Part shown: positions 20,501 through 29,247 of the stretch, piece by piece
Layout of the letters: the number at the start of each line of letters is the position of its first letter
Numbering within the stretch: the stretch's first letter is position 1
Assembly: GCA_037131125.1 (NCBI GenBank)
Contig: JBAXRR010000001.1
Coordinates: 7,345 to 71,344 of the forward strand
DNA length: 64,000 bases
Direction of reading: 5' to 3'
DNA from: a bacterium
GTDB taxonomy: Bacteria > Patescibacteriota > Dojkabacteria > GCA-016699595 > JBAXKR01
The notes under the pieces: generated by a model
Seen by the model: the letters and a program-made list of their open reading frames with translations, nothing else
What the model was told of the DNA's origin: nothing
Databases searched by the model: none
Program-made: the position numbers and the translations under genes

Positions 20501-20734
20501 CCTGCAATTACAGCAAAATGGACAGGTAGTGGTGGTTTAGTTGCACCTTCATCGGTTACTTTATCAATATCTAAAGCAGGTATTGCACTTCCTGTCTATA
20601 CTGAGTCACTAAGTAAGTTAGCTGGAGATACCTATACAAAACCTTCATATACATTTTCATCAGCTGGAACTTATACAATAACGGTATTTTCTGGAAGTCT
20701 AACTGATTCTAAGCAGATTACTGTTGCACTTTAG
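17537..20734 (+). CDS. Class A penicillin-binding protein (PBP1A family) with C-terminal Ig-like domains
   Basis: Transglycosylase motifs AEDAEFYSHKG, GGSTITQQ, RKIEE; transpeptidase SxxK (SSNK), SxN (SLN), KTG. Confidence 0.95.
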   Translation: MYMKLLRDSTNKKTSRLDNYSKLSSLKADRKTWSKNKKGKGGINSKIKKIFGILIAIFFIFLIIGTIAGLAVIAHYSALVPNPNEILTVQQDEYSTFYDRNGKELYNVVGSENRIMINKLDEVPQSVRWAFIVAEDAEFYSHKGIDLVAIARCAVGNISNKQQCGGSTITQQVIKNAAFEKAIQAGSISKYERKIEEIITSLRAEQDFTKDQILLFYMNKINFGSNRYGLKTASKIYFGKDPKDLTLAESALLAGIPNSPSQFDPFGNVKDEYCRVNDGELFAESKITAQAGQDGLYKDSNGNDVIKAAPYKCRQLYVLKQYEKNLDKINQSGTTVTQSDIDNARKEELKFQPNRIDIKAPSFVFYARDQLYNADYNFTIDGKAITSSDIETGGYKIYTTLDLDMQDIAEQELKNWVDGTKDCKCDDAGIAKRFGVYNGAMASIDPKTGEILMMAGSKDWFGEKEQVVTADGPLKGTAKFDPKVNILISNQQTGSSNKPISYLAGIESGVLNPASFLPDMPVTFGNYTPQNAEGGNAGYAPGSSNNFLRNQLRQSLNRPAVMAADIMGVDSMLDMYEKLGYTEFKDRKSFGLSSILGATAVQPIEHFNAYATLANKGKYHKPQAILKIVDRAGVVKWEYKPDEGKQVVDERAAYIMSDILYNYGKEDIDLVKATGGYSVSGKTGTSDENKDMWFVGYTPDIVTGVWTGNNNNAAPHKQPYNNGGLPYGFSSAKPLWVRYSQKILTKYPKTTLTRPAGIVSADVCLISGKLATDKCGSTMKEIFIDGKLPPVDDSIQTIRVCTNIPAYKPEAQSLNMIARPIDETNGYAKDALVTYVKIGDPKKPTEQALFDKSSGQSIPTAQCTTDYNTISAVPTINIASPTDGAIIPSDNRTLSLNIQASPAVGIINSIIVTVGSNTVASTTDASLTQNLILDNSYGYGVKTLTVTAKDSSGRSSTKSISINLESPVSSQNLKITSPNSSNLTVGDSPAITAKWTGSGGLVAPSSVTLSISKAGIALPVYTESLSKLAGDTYTKPSYTFSSAGTYTITVFSGSLTDSKQITVAL

Positions 20735-21047
20735 TACCTTCTGTTCCACCTTGATTCACTTCTTCTATTTCTCCTAAAGATAAGTATTGGTTGAAATATA
20801 AGTCTGGAATATACCCTTCGGATACCTTACCTCTTGAAGAAATAATTTTATATGCAGAAAATTCAAATATTGGTGATGTTGCAGAAGTTAGTAAAACAGC
20901 TAAAACCTTTACCCTATCTGTTAATCTAGTAAATTTGTCTTTGTTGTCCAAAGTATCTTGAAAAAGAGCTCTTGGATCTGTGGTTATGTCTACAATATAG
21001 TATGTATCGACAAACTTTCCTGGTTTTGGACTGTAAATTGGTTCCAT
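20718..21047 (-). CDS. Hypothetical protein
   Basis: 109-aa ORF; TATAAT 8 nt before ATG. Confidence 0.5.
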   Translation of the reverse strand: MEPIYSPKPGKFVDTYYIVDITTDPRALFQDTLDNKDKFTRLTDRVKVLAVLLTSATSPIFEFSAYKIISSRGKVSEGYIPDLYFNQYLSLGEIEEVNQGGTEGTKVQQ

Positions 21048-21099
21048 AAGACGTAATTATACTGACGACTTATAGTGTATCACAACGGAAGGGAAAATT

Positions 21100-21723
21100 C
21101 TATTTATTAGCAGCTAATTTAGCTTCTCTTGGAGTCATATTTCGAGTAACTACAAATACCTCCCATTCGTCCTGAGGAACGCATGAAGCAACTTTAACTA
21201 TTTTATTTATAGATTTTCCATTTTCATCCTCTGCTCTGAGCCTTATTGCAAATACTCTGTGATGACGATCTCGATTGTAATAAATTACACTATCAGCGTA
21301 TTCTTTACCTATTTTGTTTAAGGGAGAATGGTTACCTGATGCTATTTGTCTTGCTAATTTATAAAAAAGGTCGAACCCTCCAAAGTCTTTGTTCTCATTC
21401 ATTCTTTGTGATACTTCATAAAGTTTTCGGTTATATTCTCTCCCTATAAGTGATGCTACATAGTACAAATCTCCATTTTGATCTTTCAACTTCGCAAACT
21501 TCACTCTTGTATCTTGAACCAAATCTTTTGATCCAGGAACCCTTCTGTATGGAAATTTTACCCAAGGAAAATCTTTTGTTTCTAAAGTAAATATCCTTTC
21601 ACCTCCTTGTATCAATTCCATCGATTCTCTTTCACCACCTACTTCGACAGGTGGACTAGCTCTATTTACTTCAGTTTTTGATCTATCTGCAACGGATACT
21701 CCGCTTTGCGTTTCAACTCCCAA
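21100..21723 (-). CDS. Hypothetical protein
   Basis: 207-aa ORF with TTG start. Confidence 0.55.
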   Translation of the reverse strand: MGVETQSGVSVADRSKTEVNRASPPVEVGGERESMELIQGGERIFTLETKDFPWVKFPYRRVPGSKDLVQDTRVKFAKLKDQNGDLYYVASLIGREYNRKLYEVSQRMNENKDFGGFDLFYKLARQIASGNHSPLNKIGKEYADSVIYYNRDRHHRVFAIRLRAEDENGKSINKIVKVASCVPQDEWEVFVVTRNMTPREAKLAANK

Positions 21724-21853
21724 ATTATTTCTAATTAATAATATATTTACTATTAATAACGCAATTTTAGATTGATCGCAACATATAATTACGGAATATC
21801 TAAGTCGAAAATTACCTTTTTTATGATATAATTCCCAAAATTAAAATATAGCA

Positions 21854-22324
21854 ATGAATTGTGAAGATTTAGGTATAATTACAACCTCTGCAAGGATATT
21901 AAGAGAGCCAGATAAGTTTGGATACGTATCTTATGGTCTTGGAGAGATTCTTAAAGGAACACTATTAGGATTTATGACACTAAGAGCATATAAAATAGAT
22001 ATGTACGAAACAGTTACTTATTTCCCATATAAATGTACAGAAAAGGCTGTGAAATATGCAAGAGAAGGGTTAGAGAATTTTGAATATCCTCTCCATCTAC
22101 CAGAAACAACTAATCCACGTAGTTTTGAAAAAGCTCTTAGTGAAGTTTTTGCTTCAGAGATGGGAAGAATAATTGCAAAACATTATAGTTCAGGAATGCC
22201 AATAGCAATAATGGAAGTGGGCAATACGCAGTTAGGTGGAACTTTGAATGTTACTGTGCCTAGAAATACTCATCTTGGGCTTGTATCTGAAATGTTTAAA
22301 ACTGCTTTGAGTAAACAACCTTAA
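21854..22324 (+). CDS. Hypothetical protein
   Basis: 156-aa ORF; TGaTATAAT upstream. Confidence 0.55.
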   Translation: MNCEDLGIITTSARILREPDKFGYVSYGLGEILKGTLLGFMTLRAYKIDMYETVTYFPYKCTEKAVKYAREGLENFEYPLHLPETTNPRSFEKALSEVFASEMGRIIAKHYSSGMPIAIMEVGNTQLGGTLNVTVPRNTHLGLVSEMFKTALSKQP

Positions 22325-24796
22325 CTACCTTACAGTTACTGAGAAGTTCTTACTAATAATCTCGTTAACCTTATCTGTGCATTTTTTGATCTCCCCTTCG
22401 CTTAAGGTTTTTACATCCGACTCTATTTCAAGTCTTAATGTTAGTGAGGTTAATTCATCTTTTACGAATCTATCTATTAGGTAGATATCGTCTAGATTGT
22501 CTATTTTTTCAGATTTTACTTTATCAATTATCTTCTGGCTCTCTATGTTCTCTTTAAGGCCTAAGCTTATATCTTTAAAGTTTTCTTGGTAGATTGATAA
22601 AGGCTTGTAATTTATTACGTCAGGATTGAATGTCTTTAATATGACTTCAAGATCTATTTGAGCAACATATACGTCTTTATTTTCAAGTTTAAAGTTAACA
22701 TTAATTCTTGGATTTAATTTTCCAACAAGTCCTATTACTTTATTCTCTTCATTAAGTATTACAGCAGTTTGTTTTGGTGCAAATAGCTCTGGTCTTGAAT
22801 TATTCCCTCCATCTTTGTATTCAGATAGATTAACAACCTTGTATGTAATATTTAATTTCTTAAGATAGTTAAATATGACTGTTGCTATTTCTGGTATTAA
22901 ATTATTCTCCCCCATTTCGTGGGCCATAACTATTCCAAGTGTCCATGGTTGAAGTGGAATATTTTCTTCTGACTTTTCTTTTAGAATTATTCTGGATATC
23001 TCGAAGAAGTTTAAATTATTTCCCTCTTCAAGGTTCTGATTAACTTTCTCCAAAAGACTTGGTATTAGACTGTTTCTAGCATATTCTAATTCAGGGGATA
23101 TTGCGTTAGTTATTCTTACTAATTTTTTAGTGTCTAGTCCACATTTTTCCCATAACTTTGTGCTTACAAAACTGTAGCTATATATCTCGTTAAAGTCATA
23201 GTTCATTAAGTAATTTACAGTATATCTTTGCAATTCTAATACTTTGTTTACCTTGAATGGCTTTATAGACTTAACTGGAAGCGTTGGATTGAGTTTATCG
23301 TAGCCATATATTCTCGCGATTTCCTCCATAATATCAGCTTCAATATTAAGGTCTTTTCTATATGTAGGTATGATGAGATTTAAATATGTGCTATTCAATG
23401 CTTCGTTCGGGTTATTTCCAGAAACAAATTTAGAATGTTCTGTATTAATATTGAGTCTATTTAGAATATCTACAACTTCTTCTTTCTTAAGGCTAATACC
23501 TAAAAAGCTTTTAATCTTATTAAGATTTACTTCAACGATTTTAATATCTTCTTTTACATTGTAGTTATCTGTAAATTCACTAGTAATATCTCCTCCTGCA
23601 AGCTCTGTAATGAGTGATGTAGCATGTTTTAGTGCTTCCATAGTAAGTTCACTGTCTAACCCCTTCTCGTATCTTGTAGAAGCTTCTGTTCTTAGTCCTA
23701 ATTCTCTTGAAGTATCTCTAATTGAGTCTTTGTTAAAATTTGCAGATTCAAGAAGGATGTTAACTGTATCATTAGAAATTTCGCTTTCCATTCCCCCCAT
23801 AACCCCAGCAATTGCTAATGGCTTATCTTCTGTTGCTATGACCATCATGCCCTTCTTTAGAGTTCTTTCTTTAGAATCCAGAGTTGTGAATTTCTCTCCC
23901 TCATTTGCTTCTCTAACAACAATTTTATTGGATTTTATTTTATCGAAATCAAAGGCATGCATAGGTTGTCCTATGTCTAACATAATATAGTTAGTAGCAT
24001 CCACAACATTGTTAATTGGTCTTACTCCAACTGAGAGTAATTTCATTTGTAACCAAAATGGAGATTCTTTTACTTTAACGTTACTAATTGTTAGGGCAGA
24101 ATATCTTTTACAATTGGTTGTTTTTAAATCTATTGTAATAGCATTCTCTGCTTTTAGTGTTAATTGAATTTCAACTTTATCTATGAATCTAGACTTTGTA
24201 ATAGCGGATAACTCTCTTGCTACTCCTCTATGACAGAAACAGTCTGGTCTATGAGTGAAGGATTTGTTCTCAATTTCTATTATTTGGTCTTTAAGTAACT
24301 CTACTAGATCACTTCCAACAATAGATTCTTCAGGAAGTATTAGGATTCCATCATGTTCTTCGGAAATTCCTAATTCTTTTGCTGAACATATCATGCCATT
24401 AGACATCTCGCCTAGTATCTCTCTTCTTTCAATTTTCATAATCTTCTCGCTGTCTTTTGTTCCATCATACTTTGCATTCATTACGCTTCCACCTACTAAA
24501 CAAACTGCAACTTTCTTTCCAATTTCAACATTTGGTGCACCACAAACAATTACTAGATTATCTTTAGGATCGTTAGTTCCTTTAATTACGTCTACAGTTA
24601 CTATGTGAAGTTTTTTTGAACTTGGGTGATCTTTAATATCTACAATTTCACCTACAATTACCTTCTCCATTTCAGCTCTTAAGTTTTGTATATCTTCAAC
24701 TTCGGCAAGTGAATTAGTTACTAGGGATCTAAAGTCCTGACTTTCAAAATCTGTCTCTGGTAAGTATTGTTTTAACCAATTTCTAGAATAAAGCAT
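22325..24796 (-). CDS. pheT: Phenylalanine-tRNA ligase beta subunit
   Basis: IVCGAPN, GMICSAKELG, HRPDC, RPINNVVDATNY, GQPMHAFD, EEIARIYGYD. Confidence 0.97.
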   Translation of the reverse strand: MLYSRNWLKQYLPETDFESQDFRSLVTNSLAEVEDIQNLRAEMEKVIVGEIVDIKDHPSSKKLHIVTVDVIKGTNDPKDNLVIVCGAPNVEIGKKVAVCLVGGSVMNAKYDGTKDSEKIMKIERREILGEMSNGMICSAKELGISEEHDGILILPEESIVGSDLVELLKDQIIEIENKSFTHRPDCFCHRGVARELSAITKSRFIDKVEIQLTLKAENAITIDLKTTNCKRYSALTISNVKVKESPFWLQMKLLSVGVRPINNVVDATNYIMLDIGQPMHAFDFDKIKSNKIVVREANEGEKFTTLDSKERTLKKGMMVIATEDKPLAIAGVMGGMESEISNDTVNILLESANFNKDSIRDTSRELGLRTEASTRYEKGLDSELTMEALKHATSLITELAGGDITSEFTDNYNVKEDIKIVEVNLNKIKSFLGISLKKEEVVDILNRLNINTEHSKFVSGNNPNEALNSTYLNLIIPTYRKDLNIEADIMEEIARIYGYDKLNPTLPVKSIKPFKVNKVLELQRYTVNYLMNYDFNEIYSYSFVSTKLWEKCGLDTKKLVRITNAISPELEYARNSLIPSLLEKVNQNLEEGNNLNFFEISRIILKEKSEENIPLQPWTLGIVMAHEMGENNLIPEIATVIFNYLKKLNITYKVVNLSEYKDGGNNSRPELFAPKQTAVILNEENKVIGLVGKLNPRINVNFKLENKDVYVAQIDLEVILKTFNPDVINYKPLSIYQENFKDISLGLKENIESQKIIDKVKSEKIDNLDDIYLIDRFVKDELTSLTLRLEIESDVKTLSEGEIKKCTDKVNEIISKNFSVTVR

Positions 24797-24797
24797 A

Positions 24798-25847
24798 TTA
24801 GAATTGTCTTAAAAATTTTAATCCTCCATTCTTAAATAGTCTTACATCTTCGACACCATGTTTTATCATAATGAGTCTTTCAATACCTCCACCCCATGCA
24901 AATCCTGAGTATACTTCTGGATCTATTCCCCCCATTGTTAATACATTTGGATGAATCATTCCACATCCCATAATCTCTAACCATCCAGTTCCTTTTGTAA
25001 TTCTTTTAATAGCTTCAGATTGTCCTTCCCATTTTACAGATATCATTCCGCCTGGTTCAACAAATGGAAACATATCTGGTGTTAACATAACTTGAACCTC
25101 TTTTCCAAAGTATTCACTAAAGAATGCTTGTAATGTACCCATCATGTCTGTAAAAGTTATTCCCTTGTCTACAACAACTCCCTCAATTTGGAAGAAAGTA
25201 TGTTCATGTCTTGCATCAGTAGATTCGTTTCTAAAACACTTACCGGGAACAACTGTATATATAGGTAATTTCTTTGTCCTATATATCCTATTTTGCATTG
25301 AAGATGTGTGTACTATTGGTACATCATGGTCGTCAGTGTAAAAAGTATCCCAGCTACTTCTAGCAGGATGTGTTGGAGGTAAGTTTACAAATGTGAAGTT
25401 ATTATCTTCAGAATCTATCTCGTATGGAAGTTCAATGTCAAAACCCATTCTTTTAAAAATATCCTCTATTTCCCATATAGCCTTTGTTATTGGATGTACT
25501 GTTCCCTTGTTTGGTTTTGAATTAAATGCTGTTACATCAGTCCATTTCTCTAGCTCAACACCATATTCCTCTTCTTTTAGGTCGTATTCTTTCTTGGCAA
25601 TAAGGTTAGTAACTGTTTCTTTTAGTTCATTCATCTTTTCCCCAAATGCTTTCTTTTCAGAAGCCTCTTTGTACTTAACAATCTCTTTCATGAGGTCATT
25701 AATAGGAGATTTCCTTCCTAAAAAGGAGGTTTTAACATTTTCGAGCTCAGAGGTAGTCTTTACTGATGAAAGTTGAGATTTTAGGAGATCAATTATCTGT
25801 TCAGGTCCCCCTAGGTTTTGGGTAGGCAGTATTTTTTTGTCTGACAT
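24798..25847 (-). CDS. pheS: Phenylalanine-tRNA ligase alpha subunit
   Basis: HPAR, HTSSMQ, FFQIEG, FPFVEPG, WLEIMGCGMIHP, GFAWGGGIER. Confidence 0.97.
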   Translation of the reverse strand: MSDKKILPTQNLGGPEQIIDLLKSQLSSVKTTSELENVKTSFLGRKSPINDLMKEIVKYKEASEKKAFGEKMNELKETVTNLIAKKEYDLKEEEYGVELEKWTDVTAFNSKPNKGTVHPITKAIWEIEDIFKRMGFDIELPYEIDSEDNNFTFVNLPPTHPARSSWDTFYTDDHDVPIVHTSSMQNRIYRTKKLPIYTVVPGKCFRNESTDARHEHTFFQIEGVVVDKGITFTDMMGTLQAFFSEYFGKEVQVMLTPDMFPFVEPGGMISVKWEGQSEAIKRITKGTGWLEIMGCGMIHPNVLTMGGIDPEVYSGFAWGGGIERLIMIKHGVEDVRLFKNGGLKFLRQF

Positions 25848-25851
25848 TTCT

Positions 25852-26196
25852 TTATTTCTTTACAAGTGCAACTAGCTCTCTAAAGGAATCTTTGTGATCT
25901 AATGCTAAATCTGCCATCACTTTCCTATTGAGCTTAATGTTTGACTTGTTAAGAAGATTTATGAAATCCGAGTATCTAACACCATATTCCATAAGACCTG
26001 CGTTAATTCTTCCGATCCATAGTGCTCTAAAGTCACCTGTTCTTTTTCTTCTAGATTGCTTTGAATATTCTCCAGCGTGTAAAACTGCTTCATGAGCTCT
26101 TTTTACAAGTCTGCTGTAAGAACCAGTAAAGCCTTTTGTCTGTTTTAATAACTTTTTATGTTTTGCGTGTGCGGTTACTCCTCGTTTTACTCTCAT
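25852..26196 (-). CDS. rplT: 50S ribosomal protein L20
   Basis: MRVKRGV, FRALWIGRINA, LNRKVMADLA. Confidence 0.97.
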   Translation of the reverse strand: MRVKRGVTAHAKHKKLLKQTKGFTGSYSRLVKRAHEAVLHAGEYSKQSRRKRTGDFRALWIGRINAGLMEYGVRYSDFINLLNKSNIKLNRKVMADLALDHKDSFRELVALVKK

Positions 26197-26210
26197 GTCA
26201 ATAAATCAGA

Positions 26211-26411
26211 TTATATAAATTTTTTTACTAAGGCAATTTGAACTTTACCGGATAATGTTTCTTCTCTTTCCTTTCTATTCTTAGATCTAGCAGTGTGCTT
26301 CGTTCTTAAGTGATGACTATTGTTCTGTGGCATATGAACAAGTTTGCTATGCTTTTTAGAACCAGTAGCCTTTATTCTTTTAGATAGTCCTTTGTGTGTT
26401 TTAAGTTTCAT
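26211..26411 (-). CDS. rpmI: 50S ribosomal protein L35
   Basis: MKLKTHKGLSKRIKATG; lies between infC and rplT. Confidence 0.93.
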   Translation of the reverse strand: MKLKTHKGLSKRIKATGSKKHSKLVHMPQNNSHHLRTKHTARSKNRKEREETLSGKVQIALVKKFI

Positions 26412-26438
26412 ATGAATGCTTCTTTAAGTACGAGTTAA

Positions 26439-26467
26439 ATTCTATCATTAGAAAGCCAGATTATCAA
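26439..26467 (-). promoter_or_regulatory. sigma70 promoter for rpmI-rplT-pheST
   Basis: Minus strand TTGATA-N17-TAGAAT with extended TG. Confidence 0.6.
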
Positions 26468-26476
26468 TCTAAATCA

Positions 26477-27163
26477 CTAAATTTGGGCATTCTCACTTGG
26501 TTTTTCGTCTTTTTTCTCTTTTTTGTCAGAGAGTTTAAGAGGATAAACAATCACAGAATAGTTCTTTCCTTCAAATTTAGGAGTACCTTCTAGCTTTATC
26601 TTTCCCTCAAGTAGCGCTAAAACTTCTCTCATTCTTGCAAATACTATCTCTCTTTGTATTCTACCTCTTACCCTAACTTCAATTTTAACTGGGTGTTTCT
26701 TAGATAAGAACTCCAAGACTCTTTCCACCTTATGGTTTAAGTCCCCTTCTCCAATAACAGGACTAAACCACATACCTTTCATTTCTACGGATTTGCTAGA
26801 GTTATTCTGCTTTTTAGATTGTTCATACTTAAATTTTGACCAATCCATAATCCTACATACTGGAGGCTTAGAGTTAGGGGCAACCTCGATTAAATCAAGG
26901 TCGTAATCCTCTCTTGCCTTAAGAATAGCATCTGCAGTCTTCATCTCTCCAAGAGATTCTCCGTTTGGATCGATTACCATTACAACTTCAGCTTTAATGA
27001 ATTCATTACGGTTAAAGCCGTATGTATTTTCGGTCTTAACGAATGGTTTGTACTGTCTAGGGCCAGTGTATGGGCCTCTGGGTCTAAATGCAAAACCACC
27101 AGGTCTACTAAACTGTGGTCTACCTTGGAAACCTCTAGATGGTCCTGAGTTTGTATTGTTTAT
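26477..27163 (-). CDS. infC: Translation initiation factor IF-3 with non-AUG (ATA) start
   Basis: DLIEVAPNSKPPVCRIMDWSKFKYE; frame is open upstream of ATG 26980 through RNEFIKAEVVMVID to TAA at 27182-27184, with no ATG/GTG/TTG but in-frame ATA at 27163 and 27175; exact start uncertain. Confidence 0.9.
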   Translation of the reverse strand: MNNTNSGPSRGFQGRPQFSRPGGFAFRPRGPYTGPRQYKPFVKTENTYGFNRNEFIKAEVVMVIDPNGESLGEMKTADAILKAREDYDLDLIEVAPNSKPPVCRIMDWSKFKYEQSKKQNNSSKSVEMKGMWFSPVIGEGDLNHKVERVLEFLSKKHPVKIEVRVRGRIQREIVFARMREVLALLEGKIKLEGTPKFEGKNYSVIVYPLKLSDKKEKKDEKPSENAQI

Positions 27164-27227
27164 ATTAGTAAATATAAGAACTTATATATAATTATATCAA
27201 ATATATTAAGATTTTCTTAAATATATT

Positions 27228-29012
27228 CTAAAGCTTTTTTTCGTCAATTTCAGCTTTGAGCTTTAGAATAAATTCTTCAGTTTTCATCATACCCATATCT
27301 TTTCCAATTCTAGGTCTAACTGCTACTGAATCATTCTCAACTTCTTTATCTCCCATTACTAACATGTATGGTACCTTTTGCATCTGAGCATCTCGAATTC
27401 TAGATTGCATTCTTTCAGGTCTGCTATCTAGCTCTACTCTCATATTTAATGCATTCATCTTCTTTTGAAGTTGTTTTGCATATTCAACATGCTTATCTCC
27501 TATTGGTATAAGCACAACCTGAGTTGGTGCTAACCAAACTGGAAATGCTCCTGCATATCTTTCAATTAGTAATGCTATTGTTCTTTCTATACAACCTACA
27601 GATGATCTATGTATGACGATTGGTTCTACTTCCATTCCGTTCTCATCCGTATATCTAAGTTCAAATCTTTTTGGCATGACAAAGTCATACTGAACCGTAA
27701 ATGCAGTTTCTTCTTTTCCTAAGATATTCTTCATTTGAATATCTAGCTTAGGTCCATAGAATGCTGCTTCACCTTCAGCTTCGTAACTTTTTACTGATCT
27801 TGTCTTAAGTAAATCTCTAAGGATTCCTTCTGCATGATCCCATGCTGCATCGTCCTTAAAGTATTTCTTTGTATCTTTTCTATCTCCAAGTGAGAGCCTA
27901 TACCAATAGTCTTCATTTGGTTTAAGTCCAAATATTCCATTTGCAAATTCAATAAGATCCAAAGCCTTGTTGATCTCATCTGTTGCTTGAGCTTTGGTTG
28001 CTATTATATGTGCATCTGCAAGACAAAAACTTCTAACTCTCATAAGTCCACTAAGTTCACCTGACTGCTCATATCTATATAGCTTTGCAAGTTCTGCAAT
28101 TCTCATTGGAAGTTCTCTATAGCTTCTCTTTTCAGATGAATATATTTGAAAGTGATGAGGGCAAGTCATAGGCCTAAGCATAAACTCCTCTTCATCTATT
28201 ACAATTGGTGCATACATTGAATCTTTGTAGTATGGATAATGACCTGACTTTTTATATAGATCAATTTTTGCAATATCTGGAGTATATACATGGTCATATC
28301 CTCTTTTAATTTCTTCATCTACTATGAATCTTTCAATTTCTCGTCTTATTGTTGCTCCTTTTTTCGTCCAAAGTGGTAAGCCTTTTCCAACTAGATCCGA
28401 GAATATGAATAGACCAAGTTCCTTTCCAAGAGTTCTATGATCTCTTTTCTTTGCTTCTTCAAGCATTAAGAAATATTTGTCTACTTCTTCTTGAGTGTCA
28501 AATTCTATACCATATATTCTTTGTAAAGATGGTCGTTTTTCATCTCCTTTCCAGTAAGCTGCAGCCGTAGTCGTAAGCTTGAAGATACCTATCATGCCGG
28601 TGCTTTTTACGTGAGGACCTTTACACATATCTTCAAATACATCACCAGTTTTAAAGAAACTTATTTGTTCATCTTTAATGTCGTTAAGAAGCTCTGCTTT
28701 ATATATTTGTCCCTTCTGATTAAGCATGTCTATAGCTTCATCTCTAGGTATCATAACCTGGTTAATTGCTAAATCTTGTTTTTTTATCTCATACATTCTA
28801 TCTTCGATCTTTTGAAGATCATCTGAAGATAGTGGTTTAGATAAATCAAAGTCATAATAAAAACCATTATCTATAGCAGGGCCTATTCCAAGTTTTGCAT
28901 CAGGAAATAGCTCTAATACAGCTTGACCTAATATATGTGCGGATGAATGTCTTTTAACTTCAATCTCTGAAACATTGGATTCTACTTTTTCTTCTACTTT
29001 ATTATTTTGCAT
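27228..29012 (-). CDS. thrS: Threonine-tRNA ligase lacking the TGS domain
   Basis: RHSSAH, GPAIDNGFYYDF, DMCKGPH, RDHR, RPMTCPHH, AAFYGPKLD, IHRS. Confidence 0.97.
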   Translation of the reverse strand: MQNNKVEEKVESNVSEIEVKRHSSAHILGQAVLELFPDAKLGIGPAIDNGFYYDFDLSKPLSSDDLQKIEDRMYEIKKQDLAINQVMIPRDEAIDMLNQKGQIYKAELLNDIKDEQISFFKTGDVFEDMCKGPHVKSTGMIGIFKLTTTAAAYWKGDEKRPSLQRIYGIEFDTQEEVDKYFLMLEEAKKRDHRTLGKELGLFIFSDLVGKGLPLWTKKGATIRREIERFIVDEEIKRGYDHVYTPDIAKIDLYKKSGHYPYYKDSMYAPIVIDEEEFMLRPMTCPHHFQIYSSEKRSYRELPMRIAELAKLYRYEQSGELSGLMRVRSFCLADAHIIATKAQATDEINKALDLIEFANGIFGLKPNEDYWYRLSLGDRKDTKKYFKDDAAWDHAEGILRDLLKTRSVKSYEAEGEAAFYGPKLDIQMKNILGKEETAFTVQYDFVMPKRFELRYTDENGMEVEPIVIHRSSVGCIERTIALLIERYAGAFPVWLAPTQVVLIPIGDKHVEYAKQLQKKMNALNMRVELDSRPERMQSRIRDAQMQKVPYMLVMGDKEVENDSVAVRPRIGKDMGMMKTEEFILKLKAEIDEKKL

Positions 29013-29106
29013 TGATTTTAATTAATATATTTATATATGAAATGAGTATATATCATTTTACTATATTCTTGTCTTTGTTGGGTCTTGGGAGTTAATGTCG
29101 AATGAG

Positions 29107-29202
29107 TCATATACTCCAGTCGTGTTTAGCACAACTGACCCTAGTAGTTGTAGTGGTGGTTGTGTTACTTCTGGTTTTTGTATTCAAAACGAATGACTTC
29201 AT
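29107..29202 (-). CDS. Thr-rich leader peptide upstream of thrS (putative attenuator)
   Basis: MKSFVLNTKTRSNTTTTTTTRVSCAKHDWSI*; 9 of 31 residues Thr, 7 consecutive, mixed ACA/ACC/ACT codons; stop 94 nt upstream of thrS. Confidence 0.85.
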   Translation of the reverse strand: MKSFVLNTKTRSNTTTTTTTRVSCAKHDWSI

Positions 29203-29210
29203 TAGTAAGT

Positions 29211-29239
29211 ATTGTAATAGAAATGAGAGAAAATTTCAA
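29211..29239 (-). promoter_or_regulatory. sigma70 promoter of the leader-thrS transcript
   Basis: Minus strand TTGAAA-N17-TACAAT, 8 nt before the leader ATG. Confidence 0.75.
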
Positions 29240-29247
29240 AAATAATG

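Noticed and set aside
29013-29247. T-box riboswitch upstream of thrS
   Set aside because: No GGTGGNACCGCG T-box sequence or terminator on the coding strand; the leader peptide explains the region better
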